Origin: Blastocatellia bacterium
GTDB taxonomy: Bacteria; Acidobacteriota; Blastocatellia; UBA7656
NCBI GenBank assembly: GCA_963765495.1
Contig: CAVXWP010000008.1
Span: 576,001-640,000, forward strand
Length of the DNA: 64,000 bases
Direction of reading: 5' to 3'
The position numbers and the translations under genes are program-made. The notes beneath the pieces are model-generated. The model was not told where the DNA came from. It worked only from the letters and a program-made list of their open reading frames with translations, and did not search any database. Positions 26,575-37,197 of this stretch are shown here, one piece after another. The stretch's first letter is position 1; the number at the start of each line of letters is the position of its first letter.

Positions 26575-28269
26575 ATGCGACGTAAGCTTTACATCTCAGG
26601 GCTTTTGCTTCTAATGACCGGGGGCCTCTTGTTTGCCCCGATCTATTCGACCGGAGCAACTGATTCAAATAATTCTCAGGGCAAGTCCGGCTCTTCACCC
26701 TCGCCAAAGCCGGCTTCTTCTTTACCACTTACGGTGAGCGTAAGGATGGTGGGACCGGATCAGGCCGCTATGGATGAGGCAAGAGATAGAGCCGTCAATG
26801 CCCCGTCAGTGCAGAGATATTTGATCGGGAACAAGTATCGCATAGTAGGATTCGAGTTGATAAACCCAGAATTCAAAGGCAAAGGCGATCCGCCGCCGCC
26901 TGAGCTATTCCGCGAAACCATCTATGATTACACCAATAGCAGGACGATCATTGTCGATGGTAGTTTCAAGAAGGCCGATCTTTCGGTCGCTTTGACAAAT
27001 GATCAACCGCTGCCAAGCGAAGAAGAATTTCAGGCCGCTATAGAGATCGCAAAAAGAGACCCGCAGATCGGTGCCGCAATACGCGACGGCAAGCTGGTTC
27101 CCTACCACTCGATGCCGCCGATAATTGAAACAGCGGGTTCCGGCGACCATACAGGGCGAACACTCACAGTCGGATTGAGACCCACGACTCCTGATTTTAA
27201 CAACGAGATAATCGCCGTAAATATGCTCAAGGAAACAGTAGTCAGATTTTCAAAGGGCAGCCCCGACCTATCGCTTGCTGCTCCGACCGCTTGCGGCGTA
27301 CCGAGCGCCGGGCAAACCTCAACTGGCAGGGGCGTGGCGGGAACCTATGAGGTAGTTATAAATCAAGGCCAGACGGAAATCTGGCGATTTACGGCCACGC
27401 GGCCTTCGGCTTCTTCCGGGACACGCGCATCGGGGATCGAATTGAATAATGTGACCTACAAAGGCAAAAAGGTTCTCAATCGCGCTCACGCGCCGATCCT
27501 CAATGTCCAGTATACTCCGAGTTTATGCGGACCCTACCGCGACTGGCAATATCAGGAAGGTATGCTTGTTGCCAACGGTACGGATGTCGCGCCGGGGTTC
27601 CGTCTCTGCGACACTCCTCCTCAGACGATTCTCGACAACGGCACCGACACCGGCAATTTCCTCGGTGTCGCGGTTTATATCTCAGGGCCGGAAGTGCAAC
27701 TGATAAGCGAGATGCAGGCAGGGTGGTATCGCTACATCAGCGAGTGGCGTTTTCACCAAGACGGCACAATCCGCCCCCGCTTCGGATTTGACGGCGTGAC
27801 CAATTCCTGCATTTGCAACATACACCACCATCATGTGTACTGGAGATTCGATTTCGACATAGATACATCGGCAAACAACATCGTCTATGAAGACAACCTC
27901 CGCTCCTGGCCCAATCCTCTGACTACGGAAATCAAGCGAATAAGAGACACTTCGTGGGTTCGCAGGTGGTATATCCAAAATGTCGCTTCGGGGGACACAT
28001 ATGCCATTGTGCCGGGGGACGGGGACGGGAAGGCCGATACATACGCTCGCGGCGATGTATGGGTGCTTCAATATCACAGCAATGAACTCGATGACGGGCA
28101 CAATTCTACAAGCTCTAACACCGAGGCCGATCTGGATCAGTTCGTAACCGGCGAATCGGTGCAGAATCAGGACATCGTCGTCTGGTACGCCGCGCATTTT
28201 ATCCACGACGAACTGGGTGGCACGGCTATTCACATAGTCGGCCCCGATCTTATAAAGGTCGCCTGGTAA
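26575..28269 (+). CDS. secreted copper-amine-oxidase-like protein (divergent)
   Basis: Signal peptide; AGWYRYISEWRFHQDGTI, HHHHVYWRFDFDID and GESVQNQDIVVWY...H motifs. Confidence 0.65.
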   Translation: MRRKLYISGLLLLMTGGLLFAPIYSTGATDSNNSQGKSGSSPSPKPASSLPLTVSVRMVGPDQAAMDEARDRAVNAPSVQRYLIGNKYRIVGFELINPEFKGKGDPPPPELFRETIYDYTNSRTIIVDGSFKKADLSVALTNDQPLPSEEEFQAAIEIAKRDPQIGAAIRDGKLVPYHSMPPIIETAGSGDHTGRTLTVGLRPTTPDFNNEIIAVNMLKETVVRFSKGSPDLSLAAPTACGVPSAGQTSTGRGVAGTYEVVINQGQTEIWRFTATRPSASSGTRASGIELNNVTYKGKKVLNRAHAPILNVQYTPSLCGPYRDWQYQEGMLVANGTDVAPGFRLCDTPPQTILDNGTDTGNFLGVAVYISGPEVQLISEMQAGWYRYISEWRFHQDGTIRPRFGFDGVTNSCICNIHHHHVYWRFDFDIDTSANNIVYEDNLRSWPNPLTTEIKRIRDTSWVRRWYIQNVASGDTYAIVPGDGDGKADTYARGDVWVLQYHSNELDDGHNSTSSNTEADLDQFVTGESVQNQDIVVWYAAHFIHDELGGTAIHIVGPDLIKVAW

Positions 28270-28295
28270 GATTGCGACATTCTCCTTTCGACCCT

Positions 28296-28334
28296 GAAAG
28301 AGCATTGAGCCGCAACTCAATGCTCTTTCTTTTT
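28296..28334 (+). terminator. intrinsic terminator
   Basis: GAAAGAGCATTGAG/CTCAATGCTCTTTC 14-bp stem followed by a T run. Confidence 0.85.
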
Positions 28335-28408
28335 CTGCCTTTCATAGCCCTCCTTCATACTCGCCGACTGTGCAGATTGAGCGATTCGTATGCTATAAAG
28401 TAAGAAGA

Positions 28409-28894
28409 GTGGGAAAGATCATCGAACAGATAGAAATGCTTGAAGAGCGCGAGCGATTGCGCAGGTCGGGCAAGCAACTCGTTTTCACAAACGGCTGTTT
28501 TGACCTCCTGCATTCAGGGCACGTCCGCTATCTGAAGCACGCACGCTCGCTCGGTGATGCGCTTGTGGTAGCGCTCAACAGCGACGCTTCTGTCCGCGCG
28601 CTCAAGGGACCGGGACGCCCAATCCTCGATGAGAATGAACGGGCCGAAGTAATGGCGGCGCTCGAAGCGGTAGACTATGTAATAGTCTTTGACGAAGAGA
28701 CCCCGCAGCAGGTGATTGCGCGCTTGCTGCCCGATGTGCTCGTCAAAGGGGGTGACTGGGCCCTGGACGAGATCATAGGTCGGCGGGAAGTCGAAGCCGA
28801 AGGTGGAATGGTCCTTTCCCTCCCCTATATAGAAGGATCGTCCACGACCGGCATCATCGAAAGGATTCTTAACAGCAGGCAGAAAGAGCGATGA
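28409..28894 (+). CDS. rfaE2: D-glycero-beta-D-manno-heptose 1-phosphate adenylyltransferase
   Basis: [26 protein letters not shown] and SSTTGII motifs. Confidence 0.92.
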   Translation: MGKIIEQIEMLEERERLRRSGKQLVFTNGCFDLLHSGHVRYLKHARSLGDALVVALNSDASVRALKGPGRPILDENERAEVMAALEAVDYVIVFDEETPQQVIARLLPDVLVKGGDWALDEIIGRREVEAEGGMVLSLPYIEGSSTTGIIERILNSRQKER

Positions 28895-30804
28895 AGAACA
28901 TCATAGTCGGAACCGCCGGCCATATAGATCACGGGAAAACAGCGCTCGTAAAGGCGCTGACGGGCATTGACGCCGACCGGCTCAAAGAAGAAAAACAGCG
29001 CGGAATAACCATAGACATAGGTTTTGCCGACCTCTCGATTGGCGATTTCCGTTTCGGTTTCGTAGATGTTCCGGGCCACGAACGCTTTGTAAAGAATATG
29101 CTTGCCGGCGCTCACGGGATTGATCTTGTGATGCTTGTCGTCGGAGCAGACGAATCAATAATGCCGCAAACCCGCGAGCATTTCGATATTTGCAGACTGC
29201 TCGAAGTGAAATCGGGTCTGGTCGCGCTTACAAAAGCCGATCTTGTCGATGAGGAATTGCTTGAACTCGCTCGCGCAGAGGTTGAGGATTTCGTAAGAGG
29301 CTCGTTTCTCGAAGAGGCTCAAATCATCGCGGTCAGTTCACGCACGGGTCAGGGGATTGAAGAACTAAAAAACGCTCTGGTAGAGATCGCCTCGTCGATT
29401 TCGCCAAAGACCGCAACGGCGGTCCCGCGCCTCCCCGTTGATCGAGATTTTTCCATAAAAGGATTTGGCACCGTTGTCACCGGATCGCTCATCGCAGGCG
29501 CTCTTAAAGTCGGGGATGAACTCGAAGTCCTCCCCGAAGGCGTGCGAACGCGAATCCGAAACCTGCAAGTCCACGGTGAAAATACCGACCGCGCACTCGC
29601 CGGGCAACGCACAGCCGTAAACCTCCAGGGTGTAGGCGTTGAACAGGTCCCGCGCGGGAGCGTGCTTGCCCCTGCCGGACGCCTTCGCCCCACATCCATG
29701 ATAGATGCGCGGCTTCACCTGCTCGCAAGCGCCCCGCGCCCGCTCACAAACCGGGCACGAGTGCGACTCCACCACGGCACGGCGGAGGTCATGGCCCGCG
29801 TCGTCATCCTTGCCGATGCGGATCAGTCCAATGCCCTTGAGCCGGGAGACAATCGCATAGTGCAACTCAGACTCGAAGGGCAGATAGTTGCCCTGCCTAC
29901 CGACCGTTTCATCATAAGGAGCTATTCCCCACAGGTGACTATCGGGGGCGGCATCATAATAGACGCTTTGCCGGAAAAGCATCGCATACGCGACCGGGAG
30001 GCCCGCGACCGGCTTTGTGCCCTCGAAAAGAGTTCCCCAACAGACCGCGCTGCCAATTTCATAGAGATGGCAGGCGCTCGCGCAATGAGCGGGGCCGAAA
30101 TTGCAGCCCGAACCGGCGCGACCGACGAACAGATCGCGGACTTTGCAAACGAACTTATAAAAAGCGGGCAAGCAATCGAAGTATCCAATTCGCCCCTGAT
30201 TCTGATCTCCTCAACAACATACAAGATGCTGGCCGACCGCGTAGTCACCTTGCTTTCCGAACATCACAAGCGAGAGCCGCTCGCGCTCGGGCTTGGGCGC
30301 GAGGAAGTACGCGAGCGCGTTTCAGTCAATCTGATGCCGGAGGTCTTCCGCACAGTTATTACCCGCCTGTCGGATGAAAAAAGAGTAACGGCAGAACGCG
30401 ATCTTCTGCGGCTGTCATCGCACAGCCCTGCTCTCAGTCGCGAACACGAAGCCGCAAAACAGGCCCTGGAAGCCGCTTTCAAGGCGTCCGGCCTTCAGGC
30501 GGAGTCTCTGGATGATACGGCGGCGAGACTCAAGATACCCCTTGATAAGGCTCGAAAACTTTACAACCTGCTTTCATCCGAGGCCAAAGTCTTGCGGATT
30601 GGCGATCTGGTCTATCACACGGATTCAATCGAGGATTTGAAAGCAAGATTGCGAGCGCAAAAGGAGATCAATTCAAGGATGGATGTAGCGGTCTTCAAAA
30701 ACATAACTGGTGGTCTTACGCGAAAGTACGCCATTCCGCTACTCGAATATCTGGACCGCGAGCGCATCACTCGCCGCATCGGCAACGAGCGGGAAATACT
30801 CTGA
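28891..30804 (+). CDS. selB: selenocysteine-specific elongation factor
   Basis: [23 protein letters not shown] and C-terminal winged helix [13 protein letters not shown]; overlaps the rfaE2 stop (ATGA). Confidence 0.96.
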   Translation: MKNIIVGTAGHIDHGKTALVKALTGIDADRLKEEKQRGITIDIGFADLSIGDFRFGFVDVPGHERFVKNMLAGAHGIDLVMLVVGADESIMPQTREHFDICRLLEVKSGLVALTKADLVDEELLELARAEVEDFVRGSFLEEAQIIAVSSRTGQGIEELKNALVEIASSISPKTATAVPRLPVDRDFSIKGFGTVVTGSLIAGALKVGDELEVLPEGVRTRIRNLQVHGENTDRALAGQRTAVNLQGVGVEQVPRGSVLAPAGRLRPTSMIDARLHLLASAPRPLTNRARVRLHHGTAEVMARVVILADADQSNALEPGDNRIVQLRLEGQIVALPTDRFIIRSYSPQVTIGGGIIIDALPEKHRIRDREARDRLCALEKSSPTDRAANFIEMAGARAMSGAEIAARTGATDEQIADFANELIKSGQAIEVSNSPLILISSTTYKMLADRVVTLLSEHHKREPLALGLGREEVRERVSVNLMPEVFRTVITRLSDEKRVTAERDLLRLSSHSPALSREHEAAKQALEAAFKASGLQAESLDDTAARLKIPLDKARKLYNLLSSEAKVLRIGDLVYHTDSIEDLKARLRAQKEINSRMDVAVFKNITGGLTRKYAIPLLEYLDRERITRRIGNEREIL

Positions 30805-30823
30805 TGCCGAGATGTTACACATC

Positions 30824-31957
30824 TCACGCGGTCTGATTCAGATGCGCGTCTTTTACCGGCGAGAGTTCTCGCGCGAGCTTTTCCCATTCTTCGAGCGGGA
30901 CGCTGCAAAAGGCTTCGACAATTTGTGGATCAAACTGTTTACCTGCGCCGGTCTTAAGCTCGTCACAGGCTTCCTGGAAGCTCCGAGGTTTGTCGTAGAG
31001 CCGATCCGAAGTGATCGCATCAACCGCATCTGCCACGGCGAATACCCGAGCCTTCAAATCTATGTCAGTGCCCGAGAGCCCCGCCGGATAGCCGCCCCCG
31101 TCCCATCGCTCGTGATGTTGCGCCACTACGGGAAGCGCCTCGCTCAGATAGGGGATCCCTTCGATAATCTTTGCGCCTTTCAGAGGGTGTTTCTTCATCT
31201 CTTGCCACTCGTCGGCGGTAAGCCCCATGGGTTTGAGCAAGATGCGGTCTTCGACACCTATCTTTCCTATATCATGAAAGAGCGCGCCGAGCGCCAGCGC
31301 CTTCATCTGTTCATCATCCATTCCGAGATGGCTGGCAAGCTTCAGGCTGTAGGCCACGACCCTGTCTGAGTGTCCCCGGGTTTCGATATTTCGAGTCTCA
31401 AGCACCGTCGCAAGCGCGCTAATCGTCGAGTGATAAACCGATTCGAGATCAGAGAGCGCTTTGCTCAGGCTTTGATTCAGGTTTTCAAGTTCGGAAACAT
31501 AGGCGGCCATGCGCCGCTCATTATGTTGCGCGGTGCGGGCTATTATGTGATGGCTTAACGCGCGTTTTACGCTCAACTCTACGTGTTCCGGGTCAAAGGG
31601 TTTGATTATGTAATCGAACGCCCCCATCCTCATCGCTTTGATCGCGCTCTGTATCCCCGTGACGCCACTGACTACAATGACGGGGGTAGTTGGCGACAGG
31701 GAGGCAACACCGCTTATTATCGAATACCCATCGATGTTTGGCATCATTAGATCGGCCAGCACCACTGAATAATGACGCTTCCTGATCTTTTCCATCGCCT
31801 GCTCACCGGCATAAGCCGCATCGCAACTATAAAATTGCGAAAGGAAGGCAGCCAGCATGTCGCAAGTGTCGCGGTTATCATCAATAATCAGGACTGCGGC
31901 CCTGTCCGGGTCTGATCTCTTTTCCTGTAGTGATTTTTGATCAATAGATTGGGCCAT
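30824..31957 (-). CDS. REC + HD-GYP c-di-GMP phosphodiesterase response regulator
   Basis: IIDD, DLMMP and KPF receiver motifs; GHS, HDIGK and HHERWDGGGYP. Confidence 0.92.
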   Translation of the reverse strand: MAQSIDQKSLQEKRSDPDRAAVLIIDDNRDTCDMLAAFLSQFYSCDAAYAGEQAMEKIRKRHYSVVLADLMMPNIDGYSIISGVASLSPTTPVIVVSGVTGIQSAIKAMRMGAFDYIIKPFDPEHVELSVKRALSHHIIARTAQHNERRMAAYVSELENLNQSLSKALSDLESVYHSTISALATVLETRNIETRGHSDRVVAYSLKLASHLGMDDEQMKALALGALFHDIGKIGVEDRILLKPMGLTADEWQEMKKHPLKGAKIIEGIPYLSEALPVVAQHHERWDGGGYPAGLSGTDIDLKARVFAVADAVDAITSDRLYDKPRSFQEACDELKTGAGKQFDPQIVEAFCSVPLEEWEKLARELSPVKDAHLNQTA

Positions 31958-32176
31958 AATACTCCATCAATCGGACTGGCGTCCTTATCAGCGTTCAGGG
32001 GCGAGAACATTTTTTTGTCGGCTCTGTGAATCGGCAGCCTCGAATGTCACGAGCCCGTCTTTTGTTCTTTCATTCGTCCAGTAGCCTCATTGTACACAAT
32101 TGAGAGGGTGGTTTCCATACTAATTCCTGAGCAGGACAACGCTTATCGACCATTTCAGCAGGGTTACAACAAAAGC

Positions 32177-32206
32177 TTGACTGACCCTGTCGCGGGGCAA
32201 TATAAC
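32177..32206 (+). promoter_or_regulatory. putative sigma70 promoter of the KpsF-like gene
   Basis: TTGACT-N18-TATAAC. Confidence 0.5.
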
Positions 32207-32232
32207 TATCTGTCCGTTCAAGAGGAAACCGT

Positions 32233-32931
32233 ATGGCAACCAGCCGCGAACAAACGACATTAAACGCATTGACACCAAAAGCATCTGAAATGGCCGGCGA
32301 GACCGAGGCAAAATCAACCGAGGGACCCTGGGACTCGACCCGTGAGGTCGAAAGATTCTTTGATCTGATACTGGATGAACTGCGGGCCCTGCGAACCCGT
32401 GCCGAGGTAGAAGCTATAGAACGCGCGGCCGATCTCATCCTGGAGAGTGAATCGCGGGGTGGACGGGTTCACGTAACCGGCATAGGCAAATCCGAGCACG
32501 TAGCCCGCTACGTTGCCTCGTTGCTATCGAGTACCGGGACTCCTGCCTACTTTCTACACGCTACCGAATGTATACACGGATCGGCTGGTCAGGTCCGGCA
32601 GGAGGATATAACGATCGCCGTATCCAACAGCGGTTCAACCCCCGAGTTGATGGCGGCAGTCGAAACACTTCACTCTATCGGCACAAAAATAATAGGGGTT
32701 TCCGGCAACCGGGAATCGCCGCTGGCCAAAGCCTCAGATGTATTGCTTATAGTAGATATAGCCGGTGAGGGCGGGTTGATAGACATCGTCCCACGGGCGA
32801 GCATACTGGCAAAGATTTACATACTCTGCGGTCTTTCAATCTCCCTTGAATCTCGAAAGGGGCTCACACGCGAGCAGTATGCCAAATGGCATCCCGGCGG
32901 CGCGCTTGGAAGACTCGCTCGCGGAGAATGA
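32233..32931 (+). CDS. KpsF/GutQ-like SIS sugar-phosphate isomerase lacking CBS domains
   Basis: TGIGKS, SSTGTPAYFLH, SNSGST; ends just after HPGGALG. Confidence 0.85.
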   Translation: MATSREQTTLNALTPKASEMAGETEAKSTEGPWDSTREVERFFDLILDELRALRTRAEVEAIERAADLILESESRGGRVHVTGIGKSEHVARYVASLLSSTGTPAYFLHATECIHGSAGQVRQEDITIAVSNSGSTPELMAAVETLHSIGTKIIGVSGNRESPLAKASDVLLIVDIAGEGGLIDIVPRASILAKIYILCGLSISLESRKGLTREQYAKWHPGGALGRLARGE

Positions 32932-33106
32932 ACAGTAGGCAGTAGGCAGTTTTTTAAGTATAGGTATCGCTTTCTATCCAACTTTCTGACTAGAGAAGTT
33001 GAAATAGGCCGCGGATGACGCGGATGCGACGGATTTACGCGGATCTGATCATGGCTTCAAAAAACTGCCTACTGCCTACTGCCTACTGCTTACTGCTCAC
33101 TGTTCA
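32929..33106. repeat. inverted heptamer-repeat element (CAGTAGG)n/(CTACTGC)n between convergent genes, containing CGGAT repeat copy 3 (32999-33046)
   Basis: Arms 32929-32958 and 33055-33106. Confidence 0.85.
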
Positions 33107-33790
33107 CTGCCCGGATGCGACGATATCGAATGAAAACTTCAGCTCGTCTTTGACCTTGATTGTGCCGGCCGCCGCAGTAACCTGCTCGATGTTATAATCG
33201 GACTGCTTCAAAGGGAAATCTCCATGCGCGCGGAGGTTATTTCCCTCCTGTGTCAGGGTCGCGCTTATAAAGCCGCTTTGCGTGACTCCGTGCAGAGTCA
33301 GGTTGCCAAATATCTTTGCGCGGTACTGGCCTTCGGCGATCTTGTCCAGGTCGATCTTTGTGCTCTTGAAAACAATGTCGGGGTACCTGGAGGTTTCAAG
33401 GACCTTCTGCCGCATCTTCTGTTCGATCTCCTGCTTATCGCTGGCGCTGACTTTATCTGTGAGAGAAAGCGAGTCGGCCTTGATGGTCATTTGAAATGAG
33501 GCCGGCTGTAGCGTCCCCGGCGTAAGCCGCGCTTCCCCCGAAAAATCGCGTATCGAAATGACGTGATCATGGGCAAAACCTGAGAGGAAACCGCCTACGA
33601 ATACTTTTACCAGGAAACGACTCCTGGCGGCATCCAATCTGTAGCTGCCGCCAAGAGGGGCTGACGCAAGCATCTCGGATGAAACAACTTCCGGGTCGGG
33701 TGAGACCGCTTCGATATGAAGGGGTGGGAATGAAATTGTTAGTATGATCGTCACAAGCAGCCCGCGAATTAAAACGCTAAACTTATCCAT
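33104..33790 (-). CDS. YceI-family lipid/polyisoprenoid-binding protein
   Basis: YRLDAARS, YPDIVFKST, GNLTLHGVT and SDYNI motifs. Confidence 0.88.
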   Translation of the reverse strand: MDKFSVLIRGLLVTIILTISFPPLHIEAVSPDPEVVSSEMLASAPLGGSYRLDAARSRFLVKVFVGGFLSGFAHDHVISIRDFSGEARLTPGTLQPASFQMTIKADSLSLTDKVSASDKQEIEQKMRQKVLETSRYPDIVFKSTKIDLDKIAEGQYRAKIFGNLTLHGVTQSGFISATLTQEGNNLRAHGDFPLKQSDYNIEQVTAAAGTIKVKDELKFSFDIVASGQ

Positions 33791-33957
33791 AAATGTTACA
33801 TCTCCTAAACTTATTTCGGTCCCTCTGTCGGACCTGGCTCATATCGGCAATCCTTTTCGTGCGCTGGTCTTACGAACACCGCTACCCTTATGATGCCGAG
33901 CCTCATATAAATAGACGCCCGGATTCGGGGAAAGATACATGTGAAGGTTTTTAAACT

Positions 33958-34815
33958 TCAGGAATTTGAGGAAAGCACTGTTCCGGTCACGATGATGACA
34001 CGGGCGGGAAATTGCATTGTGCCTTGCGGGAAAAATTCTTTTGCCGAGTCGCGCACCTCCTGCGCAACGCTGATCAATTGCTTTTCTGACAGACGGGCTA
34101 CTTTAGCCCGCAGTGTGTCGCTCATCTCGACGCGCAGAGGCCAGAACTCTTCGAGAGTGACAGGCGCTTCCATGTGGAAATCCACTATCCGTTCAGTCAC
34201 CGTGGTTGCGCCCGCCTTTTGCATAAAAGGGCCGATCAATCCGGGGCGGTCGAATCGGAAGGCTCCCGGCGCATCGGGAGCCTCCTCGACAGGCTCGATA
34301 TAATGAGCCATCACATCTGTGACGATGCGAAAAAACGGATTGAAATCGTTGCTCTGCCAGGCCGCGACCGATACTCTGCCTCCTGGCTTTGTGACTCTCA
34401 GCATCTCGCTCAGCGCACAGTCGGGATCAGTGAAAAACATGATCCCAAGCCTCGAGACTGTTGCATTGAACGTATCAGAGTCGAAGGGTAGCGACTCGGC
34501 CAGGCATTGTTGAAATCTTACGTTTGACAACTGTCGGCGGCTGGCTTCGCGTTCCGCCGCATCGAGCATCGGACGGACGGCATCGGTGCAGACTACTCGT
34601 CCCGACTCCCCGACCATCTGAGCTATTGTCAGCGAAGGCTCACCCGCCCCACCGGCTATATCCAGGACGATATCACCGGTTGAGATGCACGATTCTTGAA
34701 TCAAAGCGCGGGTGATCGGCGAAAGCATGCGCGTGATCGGACGGCGGTGTTTTTCCCAATAGAAGGCCGATTCGCTCCAGGCCCGCAAGATGTCGTCTGA
34801 TTGATCGGGGTTCAT
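33958..34815 (-). CDS. class I SAM-dependent methyltransferase (UbiE-like)
   Basis: VLDIAGGAGEP, AESLPF and LRVTKPGG motifs. Confidence 0.88.
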   Translation of the reverse strand: MNPDQSDDILRAWSESAFYWEKHRRPITRMLSPITRALIQESCISTGDIVLDIAGGAGEPSLTIAQMVGESGRVVCTDAVRPMLDAAEREASRRQLSNVRFQQCLAESLPFDSDTFNATVSRLGIMFFTDPDCALSEMLRVTKPGGRVSVAAWQSNDFNPFFRIVTDVMAHYIEPVEEAPDAPGAFRFDRPGLIGPFMQKAGATTVTERIVDFHMEAPVTLEEFWPLRVEMSDTLRAKVARLSEKQLISVAQEVRDSAKEFFPQGTMQFPARVIIVTGTVLSSNS

Positions 34816-34889
34816 ATCGTATAGAACTATCTTAGCCGATTTTATGAATCCCGGACAATCGGCAAATTGGCGACCGCCTGACTCTGAAG

Positions 34890-34935
34890 AAAAAAAGGCC
34901 CGTCTCTCACTCCCCCCAGATGCTGCGAGACGGGC
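34890..34935 (-). terminator. probable intrinsic terminator
   Basis: GCCCGTCTC/GAGACGGGC stem with a T run on the minus strand. Confidence 0.55.
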
Positions 34936-34964
34936 GCTCCTGCTCCATAAATGTCGGAGCAAGT

Positions 34965-35501
34965 CTAATCCTTTATCTTTTCACCTATTTTTTTGACACC
35001 CTTACCAACCTTTTCCGCTCCCTTTTTGGCTCCCTTACCAATTGCCTTTCCCACATCCTTGCTCGTATCAACGGTCTTGTCGGCTACATCCTCAGATTTA
35101 TCGCCAACCTCTTCACCTACGTGTTTTGTCGTATCCCATGTCTTGTTTGCCGCATCAGCGATGGTATTAGCCGTGGCATCCATAATATCTTCTACGGTGC
35201 TCTTGTCTTCAATATCGACATTGCGATCATCGCGAAATTCAACCCGGGCTGTCTGTTCGCCGTTTGGCCGCGTGGTCCGTGTTACGCGAGCCACTTCGCC
35301 TGTCTTGAACGTTCTGACTTCGGTCTTGGTCCCGTCAGGTGACTGGGTCACAGCGACGGTCGAACCGTCTTCCTTCTCAACCTCTTTTGCATCGGTTCCG
35401 GCGTATGGTTTGTTCAGATGATCCTCATCGGTAGCGCATCCGATCACACTAAAAATCAGCACGCTTATTAGAATCACGATTGCGAGTCTCACTGGCTTCA
35501 T
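34965..35501 (-). CDS. hypothetical lipoprotein
   Basis: Lipobox-like VIGC; low-complexity charged C-terminus. Confidence 0.75.
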   Translation of the reverse strand: MKPVRLAIVILISVLIFSVIGCATDEDHLNKPYAGTDAKEVEKEDGSTVAVTQSPDGTKTEVRTFKTGEVARVTRTTRPNGEQTARVEFRDDRNVDIEDKSTVEDIMDATANTIADAANKTWDTTKHVGEEVGDKSEDVADKTVDTSKDVGKAIGKGAKKGAEKVGKGVKKIGEKIKD

Positions 35502-35723
35502 GGCACATCCATCCTCTCTTAAAATCTGGTTCAATATTGCGAAAATTAGAGTGGCAAGAGGCGTGCCAGTCGGCCGGGGCGCTGAAAAATCGCCGTATTT
35601 GCGGGGGATTACACAAAGATCACGCGCAGAAGGGCGGAAAGGTAGGAGGTGGCAAGTATTAAATCCGCACGCGAAGGAAATTACTGCGTATCAAACTTTG
35701 ACAGTGGGCTCTTTGCTTCAAGA

Positions 35724-36992
35724 CTATTCGAATTTCTTAAAGACGAGCGCAGAGTTTTTCGAGCCGAACGCGATGCAATTGCACAGTGCCGCATCGATTC
35801 GCATTTCGCGGCCTACGTTTGGGACATAATCCAGTTCACATTCAGGATCGGGCGTTTCCACGTTTATAGTCGGAGGAGCAAAATTGTTCTTCATAGCCAT
35901 CAATGTTGCTACAACTCCGGCCGCGCCCGAAGCTCCCTGCGGATGACCAACCATTGATTTTGTAGAGCTAGCCGGTATTTCGCGGGCCCTATCGCCAAAA
36001 GCGATGCGTACGGCGGCCGACTCCGTTCGGTCATTGATTCTGGTTGCAGTGCCGTGGAGGTTGAGATAATCGATCTGGTCTATGGTGAGTCCGGCGTTTT
36101 CCACCGCTCTTCTCATAGCTCGCGCCGCGTCGTGACCCGTGGGCGATATCTGGACTCTATGATAGGCATCACAGGTGGAATAATAGCCTGCGACCTCGGC
36201 GTAAATCTTAGCGCCGCGATTTAGCGCGTGTTCCATCTCTTCGAAGATCAGAATCCATGCGCCCTCGCCCAGTACGAACCCATCTCTATCTCCGTTGAAA
36301 GGCCGCGAGGCGCGCTGTGGCTCATCATTCCATTTGGTAGTGACCGTGCCCATACGACAGAAAGCGGTCATAAGACCAAAGGTAATGCAGGCTTCGACGC
36401 CGCCTGTCACGATGGTTTCCACCTGCCCCAGACGGATCATATTCATGGCATAACCCATGGCATCGGTCGAGCTCGTGCACCCGGTTGAAACCACATGGCT
36501 CATGCCGTGCAGTCTGAAAGCCATATTGATTTCGCTTGAGAGCATTCCTACGAAGGATGCGACGATGGAGTAAGGACTGACTCGCCTGTAAGCGGCCTGA
36601 TGATCGCCCTTGTCGTAATATTGCTTGTATTGACGTTCGGCAAACTCGATTCCACCCGCTCCTGTGCCTACGATCACGCCGATATTTTCGCGCTCTTCGG
36701 GCGTGAGCGATTCCAGATCAATCCCGGCATCCTGTGACGCTTCTTCCGCCGCATAGAACGCCATAGGAACAGCGCGCTGCACGCGATCTTTGTCCTTCTT
36801 GGTGACGTAGCGGTCAAAGTCGAAATCCTTTACTTCGGCTGCGACCTTGCAGGAGAGATCGGAAGCATCGAAAAGAGTGATCGGCCCGGTGCCGCTCTTA
36901 CCACTGGCTGTCGCTTTCCAGTAAGCCTCACGACCAATACCATTCGGGCTCACCGCTCCCATTCCGGTCACTACAACGCGCTTCAAAGTCAT
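35724..36992 (-). CDS. beta-ketoacyl-ACP synthase (FabF/KSalpha-like, divergent)
   Basis: RVVVTGMG, STGCTSS, HGTAT, KSMVGH (C-H-H triad) and DGFVLGEGA. Confidence 0.9.
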   Translation of the reverse strand: MTLKRVVVTGMGAVSPNGIGREAYWKATASGKSGTGPITLFDASDLSCKVAAEVKDFDFDRYVTKKDKDRVQRAVPMAFYAAEEASQDAGIDLESLTPEERENIGVIVGTGAGGIEFAERQYKQYYDKGDHQAAYRRVSPYSIVASFVGMLSSEINMAFRLHGMSHVVSTGCTSSTDAMGYAMNMIRLGQVETIVTGGVEACITFGLMTAFCRMGTVTTKWNDEPQRASRPFNGDRDGFVLGEGAWILIFEEMEHALNRGAKIYAEVAGYYSTCDAYHRVQISPTGHDAARAMRRAVENAGLTIDQIDYLNLHGTATRINDRTESAAVRIAFGDRAREIPASSTKSMVGHPQGASGAAGVVATLMAMKNNFAPPTINVETPDPECELDYVPNVGREMRIDAALCNCIAFGSKNSALVFKKFE

Positions 36993-37197
36993 CGTTTCCC
37001 TCCTCCGATTAATAATGTTCGACTTTTTACCGAGGCCAACTATCCTGATTCTACCCTAAAAGGACCGCTTATTGCCATTCCAGATGGTCAAGGCAAAGAA
37101 TTCAGAATTGCCACAGAGGCATAGAAGCACAGCGAAATGAAGAGAAAACAGACTCTTTTGCTTTGTTCACTGCGACAAATTAGCTCTCTTTTCAAGC

